Below are positions 27,572-38,341 of a stretch of DNA of 64,000 nucleotides, in pieces. Position 1 is the stretch's first letter. Every line of letters starts with the position of its first letter. Below the pieces are notes generated by a model. The model was not told the origin of the DNA and searched no databases. It was given only the letters and a program-made list of their open reading frames with translations. A program made the position numbers and the translations under genes. Source of the DNA: a virus (Duplodnaviria; Caudoviricetes); the IMG/VR virus record IMGVR_UViG_3300025267_002170, one strand, 5' to 3'.

Positions 27572-28698
27572 AGGTATTATTCGTAGGACACTATAGAGAA
27601 GGAACTGGCTGGGGAAATGCAGCTATAGACTATATTCTGTCAATGGATTCTGCCGGAATAGATGTTGTTTGTAGACCAATAAAGCTTAACTCTAGAAACG
27701 TAGACCTTCCAGAAAGAATACTTGAACTTGAAAACAAAAGTTCTTCTGGGTCCGACGTATGCATACAGAATGTTTTACCACACCACATGGATTACAATGG
27801 AAGGTTTAAGAAAAATATAGCGCTTTATTTTATAGAGACCTCTTCTTGCGCTCATTCCATTTGGCCCAATAGAATAAATCAGCTTGATGAAGCTTGGGTG
27901 TGTTGTAATCATAATATAACAGCTTCTAAAAACAGCGGCATAAATATACCGTTATCAGTAATCCCTATCCCTTGCGATGTTTCTAGATATGAAAGTAGTT
28001 ATGATAGGCTTAATGTAGAAACAACCGAAAATACATTTTGCTTCTACTTTATTGGAGAAGTGACTAGAAGAAAAAATCTTGCAGCATTAGTTAAAGCATT
28101 TCATTTGGAATTTTCTCCTAATGAACCAGTATCTTTAGTTATAAAAGCAAACAAGTTTGGAGAAACTCCAGAGTCTCTATTCTTGCACATACAAGAAATT
28201 TGCGAACAGGTAAAAAGAAATCTAAAGCTGTATAAGGACACTAAGGACTATAAGAAAGAAGTTGTTTTAACACAATACCTAACAGATGAAGAGATGCTTA
28301 AGCTTCATTCTTCAATGGACTGTTTTGTAATGCCAAGTTTTGGAGAGGCTTGGTGCATACCGGCATTTGACGCGATGGGATTTGGCAATACTCCTATTTG
28401 TACAAACGTTGGCGGTATGGCAGACTTTGTTCAAGATGGTGGAATTCTTGTTGACGGAAGTCCAGAGCCAGTGTTCGGAATGGTGGATACTTTTCAAGAC
28501 ATATGTACTGGACAAGAAGACTGGGTCAATGTTAACATAAGACTTCTGCAAACTTCAATGAGACATGTGTACACTCTAAAAAATACAAACAAGAATGTAT
28601 ATGAACACAAAAGAAACATTTGTAGAAAAGATTCATATAACTATTCTTATGAAAACATCGGAAGCCTAATTAAAGAAAGGTTGGAGAATGCCAGCTAG
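27568..28698 (+). CDS. GT4-like glycosyltransferase
   Basis: TGWGNA, RRKN and PSFGEAWCIPAFDAMGFG. Confidence 0.85.
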   Translation: MKVLFVGHYREGTGWGNAAIDYILSMDSAGIDVVCRPIKLNSRNVDLPERILELENKSSSGSDVCIQNVLPHHMDYNGRFKKNIALYFIETSSCAHSIWPNRINQLDEAWVCCNHNITASKNSGINIPLSVIPIPCDVSRYESSYDRLNVETTENTFCFYFIGEVTRRKNLAALVKAFHLEFSPNEPVSLVIKANKFGETPESLFLHIQEICEQVKRNLKLYKDTKDYKKEVVLTQYLTDEEMLKLHSSMDCFVMPSFGEAWCIPAFDAMGFGNTPICTNVGGMADFVQDGGILVDGSPEPVFGMVDTFQDICTGQEDWVNVNIRLLQTSMRHVYTLKNTNKNVYEHKRNICRKDSYNYSYENIGSLIKERLENAS

Positions 28699-29728
28699 CC
28701 CTATGTCTGCTATATCTAGGGCGGCTACCCGAGAATCGGGCGAGCCTCTTAATATACTAACCTTTCCTACGCATGAAAGGTATGAAACCACCCTGTCAAA
28801 AACGGGACATAACTTTTATGCGCTGACTAACGACACAATGAAAGACTGGAATGTTGACCACGGAGATATTCCAGACAATTATCATATTTATAAAGCTGCT
28901 GGAAACTCCATAAGCGTTCCTCTTCATTTAGACTTCGATTTAATATTCTCTCAGAGCAAGTTTGGACAGTTCGAACTATCTAAGAACATGGCAAAGTCTC
29001 TACATCTTCCAATAGTAACCCTAGAACATACCCTTCCACTCCACAAGATTCCTGACGGGTGGCCACAGGAACAGTTCTTGTCCTTCAGCCAGATGACCGG
29101 GTGCAGAAACGTCTTTATATCTGATTACAGCATGAAGGAATGGGAGTGGGACAAAAGAGAGGACAGCAGGGCTATTTACCACGGGATAGATTCAGAGATA
29201 TTTTCTCCAGACGAAAGCTGCCAGAAGATAGACCATGTGCTATCTGTGGCGAACCAGTACAAGCAGAGAGACTACTGTCTAGGATACAGCCTATGGGAAC
29301 AGGTTACCAATGGACTGCCGATAAAGCTGGTTGGTGACAACCCCGGAATGTCCGAGCCGTCGAGTTCTATCGAAGACTTAGTTTCTTCTTACAGAACCGC
29401 TAAGGTTTTTCTCAACACCTCAACGGTTTCGCCAATTCCAATGTCACTCCTTGAGGCGATGTCATGTGGATGCGCCGTTGTTTCTACCGCAACCTGTGTT
29501 GTTCCAGAAATAATAGAGAATGGGGTGAATGGTTTTATTACAAACTCCTCAGAGGAGATGAAATACTACCTAGAACTTCTTCTTTCAGATGAAGGAGATT
29601 CCATACGTTCTTCAATGGGACAAGAAGCCAGAAATACAATTCTTTCAAAGTTCTCTGTAGATAGGTTTATTTCTGAGTGGAATGAAGTTTTTGAAGAGGC
29701 TTCTCAAACAGTATATACAGGTGCATAA
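28688..29728 (+). CDS. GT4-like glycosyltransferase
   Basis: HGID, PMSLLEAMSCGCAVVST and ENGVNGF. Confidence 0.85.
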   Translation: MPASPMSAISRAATRESGEPLNILTFPTHERYETTLSKTGHNFYALTNDTMKDWNVDHGDIPDNYHIYKAAGNSISVPLHLDFDLIFSQSKFGQFELSKNMAKSLHLPIVTLEHTLPLHKIPDGWPQEQFLSFSQMTGCRNVFISDYSMKEWEWDKREDSRAIYHGIDSEIFSPDESCQKIDHVLSVANQYKQRDYCLGYSLWEQVTNGLPIKLVGDNPGMSEPSSSIEDLVSSYRTAKVFLNTSTVSPIPMSLLEAMSCGCAVVSTATCVVPEIIENGVNGFITNSSEEMKYYLELLLSDEGDSIRSSMGQEARNTILSKFSVDRFISEWNEVFEEASQTVYTGA

Positions 29729-30153
29729 TGAAGGTAAATCTTACTATAAAACCTAGTAATGTCTCAGGATATCTAAACATCAACGCTGCTGAAGGAGGAG
29801 ATATCGCTGCATTCGGCAACATGGTCAGCGATTCTGAAGCCGTTGAAATATTAGCAACAGATATAATTAACTTTGTTCCTATGGAAAAAATAGAAGAGCT
29901 AATAGATGGCTGGATTAAAAAACTGAGACATGGTGGAAAGTTAGTAATAGGTGGAGTAGATGCTTTCGAAGTTTGCAGAGCAGTGTCTCACACCTCTCTT
30001 TCTATAAAAGAGTTTAATCAAATTATTCACGAGGGCAGGTCCAGCCAGATTTCAATATCTGACCTTTCAGAAATTTTATCAAAAAAGGGCTTGACTATTT
30101 TAAAGAAAAGGCTAAGCGGATTTAATATGATTGTGGAGGCTCAAAGGCCATGA
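29728..30153 (+). CDS. Degenerate class I methyltransferase-like protein
   Basis: GYLNIN and W.KKLRHGGKL, but no GxG SAM motif. Confidence 0.5.
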   Translation: MKVNLTIKPSNVSGYLNINAAEGGDIAAFGNMVSDSEAVEILATDIINFVPMEKIEELIDGWIKKLRHGGKLVIGGVDAFEVCRAVSHTSLSIKEFNQIIHEGRSSQISISDLSEILSKKGLTILKKRLSGFNMIVEAQRP

Positions 30154-31016
30154 GTAAAGATACTACAAATAGCGGCACTAAAGAGGGTGAATCTTTTGAA
30201 ATAACAACTGCGTGCGTTGATTGCGTTTTTGCTAAGTTTGTTGGTAACACCCAGTCCGATTGCGAGCTTGGAAGGATAGAAAAATTTAAACAGAACGGCA
30301 CTAAGGTTGAAGAAGCTTACAATGATGAAAAAGAATTCTTTATAGTTAAGGGATTCTGCAATGGTCATCGAAACGATTTTTGGAAAGAAACCGGAACCTA
30401 CCATAGGCCTTTCTACAAGAATCCCACAGAAAGAGTAAGGCAAGAGAACCTAATACGATGTGGATTCAATGTTCTTATGACAAAAGGTCACAGTATAGAA
30501 GACCTGAAAAAAACTATAGACTCTATAGTCAATCAAGAAGAGATAAATCCATACTATATCATAGTGTCTTGCAGCGCTGATGTAGAGAGATATGAGATTG
30601 TCAATTATCTACAAAACCTCTTGCAGCCAAAAGAAATAAAGTTCTTTTTTGTTAGCATAGCGGATGGAGAAGCCACCGCAGACAGATGTCTGGACGTTTC
30701 TTTTGCCAGAGCAAAGAATGGATACTATGCAATCTTTTCTTCTGGAGATATTGTTCCTTCAAACTTTTTGTTCAAAATAAATCATGCCTTAAATGAAGAA
30801 ATGTTGAGAATTGTGGCGCTAGGGCCAGAAGAAAATAGTATCAGTGGTTTATTTATGAACGCAACAACCTATAAACTTTTGCGTGGAAATATTGTTAAGC
30901 CAATTATGGAAAAAATACACATGCTTGCAGACGCAAGGGGCGAGCACTATCTAATCAAAAAGTGGGACGAACTACCCGATGAATCGAAAGCCGATAGTTA
31001 CTCTTCTAATAGCTAA
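30150..31016 (+). CDS. Hypothetical protein: Cys-motif N-domain + degenerate GT-A-like domain
   Basis: CVDC...C...FCNG; TIDSIVNQ resembles the start of a GT2 domain. Confidence 0.45.
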   Translation: MSKDTTNSGTKEGESFEITTACVDCVFAKFVGNTQSDCELGRIEKFKQNGTKVEEAYNDEKEFFIVKGFCNGHRNDFWKETGTYHRPFYKNPTERVRQENLIRCGFNVLMTKGHSIEDLKKTIDSIVNQEEINPYYIIVSCSADVERYEIVNYLQNLLQPKEIKFFFVSIADGEATADRCLDVSFARAKNGYYAIFSSGDIVPSNFLFKINHALNEEMLRIVALGPEENSISGLFMNATTYKLLRGNIVKPIMEKIHMLADARGEHYLIKKWDELPDESKADSYSSNS

Positions 31017-31773
31017 CTATAATTATGCCCACTATATTGAGAGCGCAGTACAAAGCGCTATCAATCAAGACTACGATGGGCCAATTCAAGTTTGCGTCAT
31101 AAATGATGGGTCAACTGATGACTCGTGGTCTGTTATTAGGTCAATGTGTAGAGCAGATGACACTCCCATCATTACTCAAAATATATCTGAGAATAGAACT
31201 CTCATAGCAATAAACAGAGAAAATGGTGGAGCAAGTGTAGCAAGAAATACCGGGATAGATTACACTTGGGATTTTACTGACATTTATGGGATACTTGACG
31301 CTGACGATTATTATTACGAATCAAAAGTAAGAAAATGTGTGGACAAGCTGATAGAAAATCAGCCTCATGTTGGCGTTGTGTATGCAGATTACGATATAAC
31401 TTACACTGAATCTAACACCGTTGTAAGAGAATATAAACCTCCATATAACAGAGCGGCACTAATGAACCAATGCATGATTCACAGCGGCGCTTTGATAACA
31501 AAACAAGCTCTAGACTTTGCAAGAGATGACAAGGGTCAAATTTTTGACCCAGACTTACATGGTCCGGGTAGCCAAAGTTTTATTGGATGCTCTGAAGACT
31601 ACGATTTGTGGATAAGAATAAGTGAAAAATTTATGATGTTTCATATCCCAGAATCTCTAGCCATGATGAGAGAAACCGGAAGCAATCAAACCACAAATGT
31701 CACACTTGAGAGTCATCAGAGAACGCAATCAATCATTATGGAAAAAATGAAACGTCGTGCGGCTGATGTATGA
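30979..31773 (+). CDS. GT2 glycosyltransferase
   Basis: IANYN, INDGSTD, NGGASVARNTG, LDADD and EDYDLW. Confidence 0.92.
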   Translation: MNRKPIVTLLIANYNYAHYIESAVQSAINQDYDGPIQVCVINDGSTDDSWSVIRSMCRADDTPIITQNISENRTLIAINRENGGASVARNTGIDYTWDFTDIYGILDADDYYYESKVRKCVDKLIENQPHVGVVYADYDITYTESNTVVREYKPPYNRAALMNQCMIHSGALITKQALDFARDDKGQIFDPDLHGPGSQSFIGCSEDYDLWIRISEKFMMFHIPESLAMMRETGSNQTTNVTLESHQRTQSIIMEKMKRRAADV

Positions 31774-32456
31774 ATAGATTTATATCTGAAATTAAAAAAA
31801 GCTACGATGATAATATTTCAGTGGCTATACTTGGTAACGAGACCGATTACAGGGTCAGGTCTTACGGACCAAAGTGTCTACTAAAGCACGGCAGTTCTAC
31901 TATAATACAAAATCAAATTAAGCTTATAGGAGAAACATCCTGCATATCTGACTTGGTTGTTGTGCTTGGTTTTGAATGTGAAAAGATTATTAATTACATA
32001 CCAGAACATGTTAGAATAGTAGAAAATCAACTTTACTCTGAAACAAACTCTTCGGAAAGCTTAAGGCTCGTAATAAATAATATATGCGGAGACAGGCTGT
32101 TAATTATAGATGGCAACATACTGATAAGCAGGAATGCTTTCAAAAAACTTGACTTCTCCCGTTCGTTTGCTCTATGTCATAAAAACGGCAAGCCAAAAAA
32201 CGAGATAAGCGCATCTAAAATTGGGGACCACATAGGAAACTTTTCTTTTGGTCTTGAAAACTGCTGGGACGGAGTTGTTTTCTTGCAAGGAAAAGAATTC
32301 GGACTTCTCAGAAAGGCTTGTACAGACAAGGGAAAGGGTAGATTTTTTGTTTTTGAATTGTTAAACCTAGTAATAGATAATGGTGGAAAAATTGAAATAC
32401 AGGAATGCAAGGCTGGAGACATAAAAGTTATTAATTCCATCAAGGACATAGCATGA
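31770..32456 (+). CDS. NTP-transferase-like (LicC/choline-phosphate cytidylyltransferase-like), degenerate
   Basis: GPKCLL, VVLGF, ENQLYSETNS..SL and INSIKDI; the LAAGxGxR motif is replaced by LGNETDYR. Confidence 0.65.
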   Translation: MNRFISEIKKSYDDNISVAILGNETDYRVRSYGPKCLLKHGSSTIIQNQIKLIGETSCISDLVVVLGFECEKIINYIPEHVRIVENQLYSETNSSESLRLVINNICGDRLLIIDGNILISRNAFKKLDFSRSFALCHKNGKPKNEISASKIGDHIGNFSFGLENCWDGVVFLQGKEFGLLRKACTDKGKGRFFVFELLNLVIDNGGKIEIQECKAGDIKVINSIKDIA

Positions 32457-33505
32457 GAGTAATGATATCTAGCGATGGTTCTACCGCGCACTTCTTTATC
32501 AGGAAGGGCTGGGCGAGCGCCTTCAGTTACGCCGGTCACGAAACCATCCTGTGGGACATCAAGACTAAAAATGCTTTCGATGCCTTTGATGAATTTGAAC
32601 CAGACTTATTTATAGGTCAAACTTATAATATAGATGAGTCTTTAATTAAGTGCATCAGCGCTCGTCCAGAAATGAAAGTGATTATGAAAGCCCCGGACTG
32701 GGGTGATATACAAAAAGATATAGACCCAGAAAAGTACAATGTTTTATTTGTATCTGATAAAGATAAGCATTACGTAGAAGCCTTAAAAAGACAAACGGGA
32801 AAGCCCGACTTTGTCTTTGCTCACTACACACAGAAATGTATTGAAAGAACCCACAACGGATGGGAAAATCTTGGGGTCAGGTCTGTGGGCCTTTTGAACG
32901 CCGCAGACATTTTTGATTACACCAATGGTAGAGAAGTCCCCCATCTAAGAAGCGACATGTCTTTTGTTGGGGGATACTGGGGATATAAAAGCAAAAGCTT
33001 TAATAGATACTTTATGCCCTTTCTCTATCCAGTAGATAAGTATAACGTAAAGATATTCGGTAACCAGCCTTGGCCAAGTACGCAATACTTGGGATTTGTT
33101 TCGGACGGTGTTGTAAAGGACGTAATGGCATCAGCTACTATTTGTCCTAACATAAGCGAGCCACACGCTCAGGACTTTGGAATAGACATAAATGAAAGAA
33201 CTTTTAAAATTCTATCGAATAGGTGTTTTTGTATTTCTGATTATGTGTCCTCTTTAGCGGAGGAAGTTTATACAAATAACGAGGTTCCCTTTGCAAAAAC
33301 TCCAGAAGAGTTCTTTGACTTGGTTAATCACTTTCTAAATAACCCGAGAGAAAGGCTGGAATACATTGAAAGAGGATACGAAACCGTAATAAACAAGCAT
33401 ACTTATTTCCATAGAGTAATGCAGATATGTGGCGAACTGTCCTTGGAGAAAGAAAAAACTGATTGCAAACAAGCCCTCGTGAAATTTATGGAGACAAGAG
33501 TATGA
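32453..33505 (+). CDS. Glycosyltransferase (CgeB/Glyco_trans_1_2-like)
   Basis: SFVGG, NISE...INERTFKI...ISD, and HTYFHR. Confidence 0.8.
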   Translation: MRVMISSDGSTAHFFIRKGWASAFSYAGHETILWDIKTKNAFDAFDEFEPDLFIGQTYNIDESLIKCISARPEMKVIMKAPDWGDIQKDIDPEKYNVLFVSDKDKHYVEALKRQTGKPDFVFAHYTQKCIERTHNGWENLGVRSVGLLNAADIFDYTNGREVPHLRSDMSFVGGYWGYKSKSFNRYFMPFLYPVDKYNVKIFGNQPWPSTQYLGFVSDGVVKDVMASATICPNISEPHAQDFGIDINERTFKILSNRCFCISDYVSSLAEEVYTNNEVPFAKTPEEFFDLVNHFLNNPRERLEYIERGYETVINKHTYFHRVMQICGELSLEKEKTDCKQALVKFMETRV

Positions 33506-34476
33506 GAATATTAGTTACGGGAGCTTATGGATTTCTTGGAAGACACGTCTCCTCAGAGCTAAAGAAACAGTCTTTTACAGACGACGGACCAGAGGAGCAT
33601 AACGAGATAATTGAACTAGGCGGCTCTAGTGAAAGCTTTTCTCTCAATCTGGCAAAAGAAGTAGACTGTATACATGTTCTTAAAACCTACAAGCCAGATA
33701 CGATAATACATCTAGCTGCTAGAGTCGGAGGAATAGGAGCAAACCAAAGGTATCCCGGCTTGTTTTTCTACGAGAACATGGCAATGGGCCTGAACCTGAT
33801 TGAACAGTCTAGAAAAATGGGATGTAAAAAATTTCTTTTGGTCAGCACGGTTTGCGCATACCCCAAGCACACCCCAGTTCCTTTTAAAGAGGAAGATATG
33901 TGGGACGGGTATCCCGAAGAGACCAATGCTCCCTATGGGATAGCCAAGAAAGCTCTCATGGAAATGCTACAGGCTTATAGGAAACAGTATGATTTTAATG
34001 GCATTACTTTGGTCCCTGTAAACATGTATGGGCCTCACGATAATTTTAATCCAGAATACAGTCATGTTATTCCTGCGCTGATATTAAAATTTCAAGAGGC
34101 TATAGATAACGAAAGCAGCGTCGTTAGCGTCTGGGGAAATGGAGAGGCGTCACGGGAGTTTCTTTACGTGGAAGATTGCGCAAAAGCCATCGTTGATGCT
34201 ATTCGTTATTACAACAAGCCAGACCCCGTAAACATTGGAACGGGAAGAGAAATCACAATTAAGGATTTAGTCGGCCTGATTGCAAAGCTTATGGGGTTTG
34301 ATGGAACGATAGTTTTTGACACCTCTAAACCTAATGGTCAGCCGAGAAGATGTCTGGATGTGAGTAAGGCCAAAGAGGAATTTTCTTTTATGGCAAGAAC
34401 AAGCCTCGAAGAGGGGATGAAAAAAACTATAAAATGGTTTAGGGAAAATAAGAATGCTGTCATCCATAATTTTTAG
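33502..34476 (+). CDS. fcl: GDP-L-fucose synthase
   Basis: TGAYGFLG, HLAARVGGIGAN, CAYPK, PYGIAK, SHVIPALI, REFLYVED and GQPRR. Confidence 0.92.
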   Translation: MRILVTGAYGFLGRHVSSELKKQSFTDDGPEEHNEIIELGGSSESFSLNLAKEVDCIHVLKTYKPDTIIHLAARVGGIGANQRYPGLFFYENMAMGLNLIEQSRKMGCKKFLLVSTVCAYPKHTPVPFKEEDMWDGYPEETNAPYGIAKKALMEMLQAYRKQYDFNGITLVPVNMYGPHDNFNPEYSHVIPALILKFQEAIDNESSVVSVWGNGEASREFLYVEDCAKAIVDAIRYYNKPDPVNIGTGREITIKDLVGLIAKLMGFDGTIVFDTSKPNGQPRRCLDVSKAKEEFSFMARTSLEEGMKKTIKWFRENKNAVIHNF

Positions 34477-35284
34477 TAGAGACCGAGCATCTCAGCTTCA
34501 TCTTCTTCTGCATAGCTTATCTAAAAATTTCCTTCTGTCTGGAACAAATGTAATATATAAGTACACAGATGAGGAACATAAGATAGGCTACCAAATGGCC
34601 CAGAGAAGCTTCCCCGGATACGACGGGGTAAACTGGATTCAAGAAGAAGACTTTCAAAAAGATACTCTGGACACTGTTGACAAATCAGAAAATCTGGTCT
34701 GCTTCTTTACAGATGACGACATATTTTATAGGCCGTCACATGTAGGCAGGGATGATATAAAAGAATTGTTTGACTCAGTTGAAAACATTGGGTGCTTATC
34801 ATTCAGGCTTGGCGAGAACACTACTATTCAAGACCAATATACCGGACAGGTTTGCGTAACACCGAAGAAGGTTGCTATATATAAAGACAACTTCTTTGTT
34901 TGGGATTGGAAGAACTACACTGGCATGCTGAGCAATTTTTACTATCCCTTTTCCGTAGACGGCCATGTGTACAGAAAGACTGAAATACAACAGCTTCTGT
35001 CAAAATATCAATTTTCTAATCCAAACAATCTTGAGGGCGATGGAACCAATCATACGAAGGTTCTGCCGCCATATATTTGCTGCCTCCAGCATAGCTGTGT
35101 GGTGAACATCCCAATCAATATAGCGGGCGATTCTAAAAATCGGGCCGGTGAAAAATTTGGAATCTCTTTGAAAGACATGAATCGTAGATACATAGATGGA
35201 GAAACCATATCTTTGGAATCCATAGATTTTTCCAACGTTGTGGGATGCCATCAGGAACTGGAGATATTTCCAAATGCTAATTGA
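34454..35284 (+). CDS. Putative GT-A glycosyltransferase
   Basis: IFSRDRASQL..LL.S, FTDDD and YPFSVDGH. Confidence 0.65.
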   Translation: MLSSIIFSRDRASQLHLLLHSLSKNFLLSGTNVIYKYTDEEHKIGYQMAQRSFPGYDGVNWIQEEDFQKDTLDTVDKSENLVCFFTDDDIFYRPSHVGRDDIKELFDSVENIGCLSFRLGENTTIQDQYTGQVCVTPKKVAIYKDNFFVWDWKNYTGMLSNFYYPFSVDGHVYRKTEIQQLLSKYQFSNPNNLEGDGTNHTKVLPPYICCLQHSCVVNIPINIAGDSKNRAGEKFGISLKDMNRRYIDGETISLESIDFSNVVGCHQELEIFPNAN

Positions 35285-35915
35285 TTTTGAATATATACAT
35301 TACAAACATGATTTAAACATAAGAGGACTTATTCATATAGGCTCTTTTATAGGGGAAGAATATCCAACCTATTTTAGATTTGGGGTGAACAACCTTATAT
35401 TTTTTGAACCGCAACCGAATATATTTTCAATCCTCAAAGATAACGTTGGTTTCTCAACAGTTGTAAATAAGGCAGTTGGAAATCAAAATAAGAAGGTTGA
35501 GCTTAATGTTTCTCACACACCCGGAGGGGTAGGAAATGGTTCTGGAGCTTCCAGTTCTGTCCTAAAGCCAAAGAAACATCTTGAACAATATCCACACATT
35601 ACCTTCAACGAGACAATTGAAGTTGATATGATTAGGCTAGATGATTACTGGAAAGATTCCGGCCTTCCGCAACAGGGGTTCAACTTTTTAAACATAGATG
35701 TTCAGGGGTTTGAGCTTGAGGTCTTGAAGGGTGCTGCCGAAACTCTAAATTACGTTGACTATATACTCACCGAAGTCAATCGCGAGGAGTTATACGAGGA
35801 CTGTGTTCTGGTTGAGAAGTTGGACGAATTTCTTGGTGCGTATGGGTTCGTCAGAGAAGAAACTTCGTGGGGAGGCGGAAGCTGGGGTGACGCCTTTTAT
35901 GTAAAAAATGATTAA
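35274..35915 (+). CDS. FkbM-family methyltransferase
   Basis: HIGSFIGE, FFEP, RLDD and IDVQGFELEVLKG. Confidence 0.9.
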   Translation: MLIDFEYIHYKHDLNIRGLIHIGSFIGEEYPTYFRFGVNNLIFFEPQPNIFSILKDNVGFSTVVNKAVGNQNKKVELNVSHTPGGVGNGSGASSSVLKPKKHLEQYPHITFNETIEVDMIRLDDYWKDSGLPQQGFNFLNIDVQGFELEVLKGAAETLNYVDYILTEVNREELYEDCVLVEKLDEFLGAYGFVREETSWGGGSWGDAFYVKND

Positions 35916-36846
35916 CGTACTAACCCTTAGCGATAGAAACTATATAATAAACGGACTATGTCTGTATGACTCTCTTGTCAAGTACACAGGTGACAATTTC
36001 ACACTGTATTATCTTGCAATGGATTCATTTACTGAAGACAAACTCAGAGAGCTTGAGCTTCCAAACCTAGTTGTCTATACTCTTGAAGATATAGAAAAAG
36101 ACCCCAACTTCGAAATCCTCAAGAAGAATAATGAGTCCAGACCAATCGATACAAGCGATGGGCAAAGCCCGTTCCACTGGATGCTGGCGTCTTTCTTCTG
36201 TCACTTTTTGATGCTAAGGCTTAGCCTTGAGCACGTTTTGTATGCAGACTCTGATATTTTCTTTTACGACTCTGCTGAGAGAATTACAGAGGCCGTCGAG
36301 GGGAAAAGCATAGGGGTAATAACTCACAAACATATCGAACTCAATAAGACAGCCAGAAATCCGGGCTATTTTAATGTTGGGATTGTTTATTTTAGAAATG
36401 ATTCCATAGGAAAGTCCTGTCTTAGATTTTGGAGAGACTGTTGCATACACCCAAACAACCAGTTCTCTGATATATTTGGTTCTTGCGGAGACCAAAAGTA
36501 TCTTGAGCTATTTGAAGAGTTCTTTGACCCAGATAGCATACAAATTCTTTGCCACAAGGTAGGAAATGGCGCCCCTTGGAACTTCACAATGTTTGATTTC
36601 TCCAGTCTAACTAGAGTAGTCTGGCGAGACCCTCTACACTATGTTCTCAAAGATTCTGATACTCTGGAGCAGGACATTGTGTTCAACCACTTTAGTCACT
36701 TCTCTCCTAACTATAATGAAAACTCTTTTTCGATGGATAGAGGAGGGGAGTGGGGTCCGGGTATTCGTAGCCATCCGGGTGTTGAAGATATTTATGTAGA
36801 CTATATGCACCACATGACAGAAACTAAAAAGAAGTATGTATTATGA
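35908..36846 (+). CDS. Putative GT-A glycosyltransferase
   Basis: YADSDIFF, FNVG, GDQKYL and APWN. Confidence 0.75.
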   Translation: MINVLTLSDRNYIINGLCLYDSLVKYTGDNFTLYYLAMDSFTEDKLRELELPNLVVYTLEDIEKDPNFEILKKNNESRPIDTSDGQSPFHWMLASFFCHFLMLRLSLEHVLYADSDIFFYDSAERITEAVEGKSIGVITHKHIELNKTARNPGYFNVGIVYFRNDSIGKSCLRFWRDCCIHPNNQFSDIFGSCGDQKYLELFEEFFDPDSIQILCHKVGNGAPWNFTMFDFSSLTRVVWRDPLHYVLKDSDTLEQDIVFNHFSHFSPNYNENSFSMDRGGEWGPGIRSHPGVEDIYVDYMHHMTETKKKYVL

Positions 36847-37724
36847 AAATAGCCTTCGGGATGATTGTGTTTAATGGCGGCTTTGTTCTAGAAGAGTGCC
36901 TAAAGTCCGTGTATCCGTTTGCCCACCAGATTCTCATAGCAGAGGGTCCGGTTGGGTATTGGCAGTCGCAGGGGTTTACAACCTCAACGGATGAAACAAA
37001 TGAGATTTTACAATCTTTCCCAGACCCAGAAGGAAAGATTACAATTGTTCGTGGACAATACTCTGAGAAGGACGAACAATGCTCTGCATACATGAAGCAT
37101 CTAGACCCGTCGTGTGATTATGTCTGGAACCTTGACTCGGATGAGATATTTAAACCGGAGGATATCGAAACCATAATCAAGCTGCTAACTGACCACAGGT
37201 TTACAACCGCCGGATTTCAAAGCTGTAGCTTTTATGGAGGGTTTGACAGAATCCTTGGCGGGTTTGAGGAAAACGCCGAGTTTCGCCGCATCTGTAAGGT
37301 TTACCCCGGCTCTCGCTGGAAGACCCACAGACCGCCCACGATGGCCCACACAAGCCCCCACGCTTGGCCCGAGAGCCACATGGACTTCAAATGGCTTTGG
37401 GAGAATCATGGCATAAGAATGTATCACTACTCTTATGTTTTTCCAGACCAAGTATATAACAAGGTCCAATACTATAAAGCTGCTGTTAGTATGGATAACT
37501 GTATAGACGATTACTTTTCCAACGTTTATTTACCGTGGGTAACCTCTGAAGACAACGGAAAAGAATCAATAGAAAATCATTACAACGGAGTTCACGAATT
37601 CAAACCTCAGTTCAGGGGAGAATGCAGAACCAAGATGTTTGATGCAGAACATCCCCAGATTGTACAAGAAAATATGGAATTTCTAAAACAAAGGTTTGAC
37701 TCTCAGCTTAGGAAGTATGTATGA
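36843..37724 (+). CDS. GT2-like glycosyltransferase
   Basis: MIVFNG, IAEG, STDET, LDSDE and HYSYV. Confidence 0.75.
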   Translation: MKIAFGMIVFNGGFVLEECLKSVYPFAHQILIAEGPVGYWQSQGFTTSTDETNEILQSFPDPEGKITIVRGQYSEKDEQCSAYMKHLDPSCDYVWNLDSDEIFKPEDIETIIKLLTDHRFTTAGFQSCSFYGGFDRILGGFEENAEFRRICKVYPGSRWKTHRPPTMAHTSPHAWPESHMDFKWLWENHGIRMYHYSYVFPDQVYNKVQYYKAAVSMDNCIDDYFSNVYLPWVTSEDNGKESIENHYNGVHEFKPQFRGECRTKMFDAEHPQIVQENMEFLKQRFDSQLRKYV

Positions 37725-38341
37725 TTGTCCAGCACATAGAACCAGAGCTTAATGTAAGTGAAAACGTTGCCATTGTCGCCTCAAGCCCAAGGCTTTTAAC
37801 AACGGAGTACGGCGAACTTATCGACAGCTTTGATGACGTTGTTAGATTCAACAGGGCGCCAACTGATGGATATGAAAAACATGTTGGAACGAAGACAACC
37901 ATAAGGGTTGCAAACAATCATGTTTTTGGAAACATTCCACACACAGGATGGGAAACAGATGGCCAGCCAACCTTCTTTATAAAAGAGCAAGAAAATATTA
38001 ATGTTGTTTGGTTGGGTCCGGGCGCTTCTGGGGGAGAACCGGGATGGGTAAACAGAGAACAAAATATACACGAAACTTCTAAACCGTTTTTGTCTAACTA
38101 TGACACAATTTATTCCAACCTAACCCCCATGACAAACGGAACCAGACCAAGCGCTGGCTTTGGGTTTCTGTGGCTTCTTATAAAGAGCGGGCTTAGGCCC
38201 ACCATTTTTGGATTTGGGGTCGGTGAAGAGGGCTGTGTGCATTACTGGGAGCTAAATTCTGTTAGCAGTCATCTTTTTACAGAGGAGAGACAAGTAATCT
38301 CTAAATGGGTAAATGAAGGGTTGGTTATATTTTACAAATGA
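37721..38341 (+). CDS. GT29-family sialyltransferase-like protein
   Basis: Sialylmotif L (AIVASS..L...GELIDSFDDVVRFNRAP..GYEKHVGTKT), S (PSAG...IFGF), III (HYWE) and VS (HLFTEE). Confidence 0.85.
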   Translation: MIVQHIEPELNVSENVAIVASSPRLLTTEYGELIDSFDDVVRFNRAPTDGYEKHVGTKTTIRVANNHVFGNIPHTGWETDGQPTFFIKEQENINVVWLGPGASGGEPGWVNREQNIHETSKPFLSNYDTIYSNLTPMTNGTRPSAGFGFLWLLIKSGLRPTIFGFGVGEEGCVHYWELNSVSSHLFTEERQVISKWVNEGLVIFYK

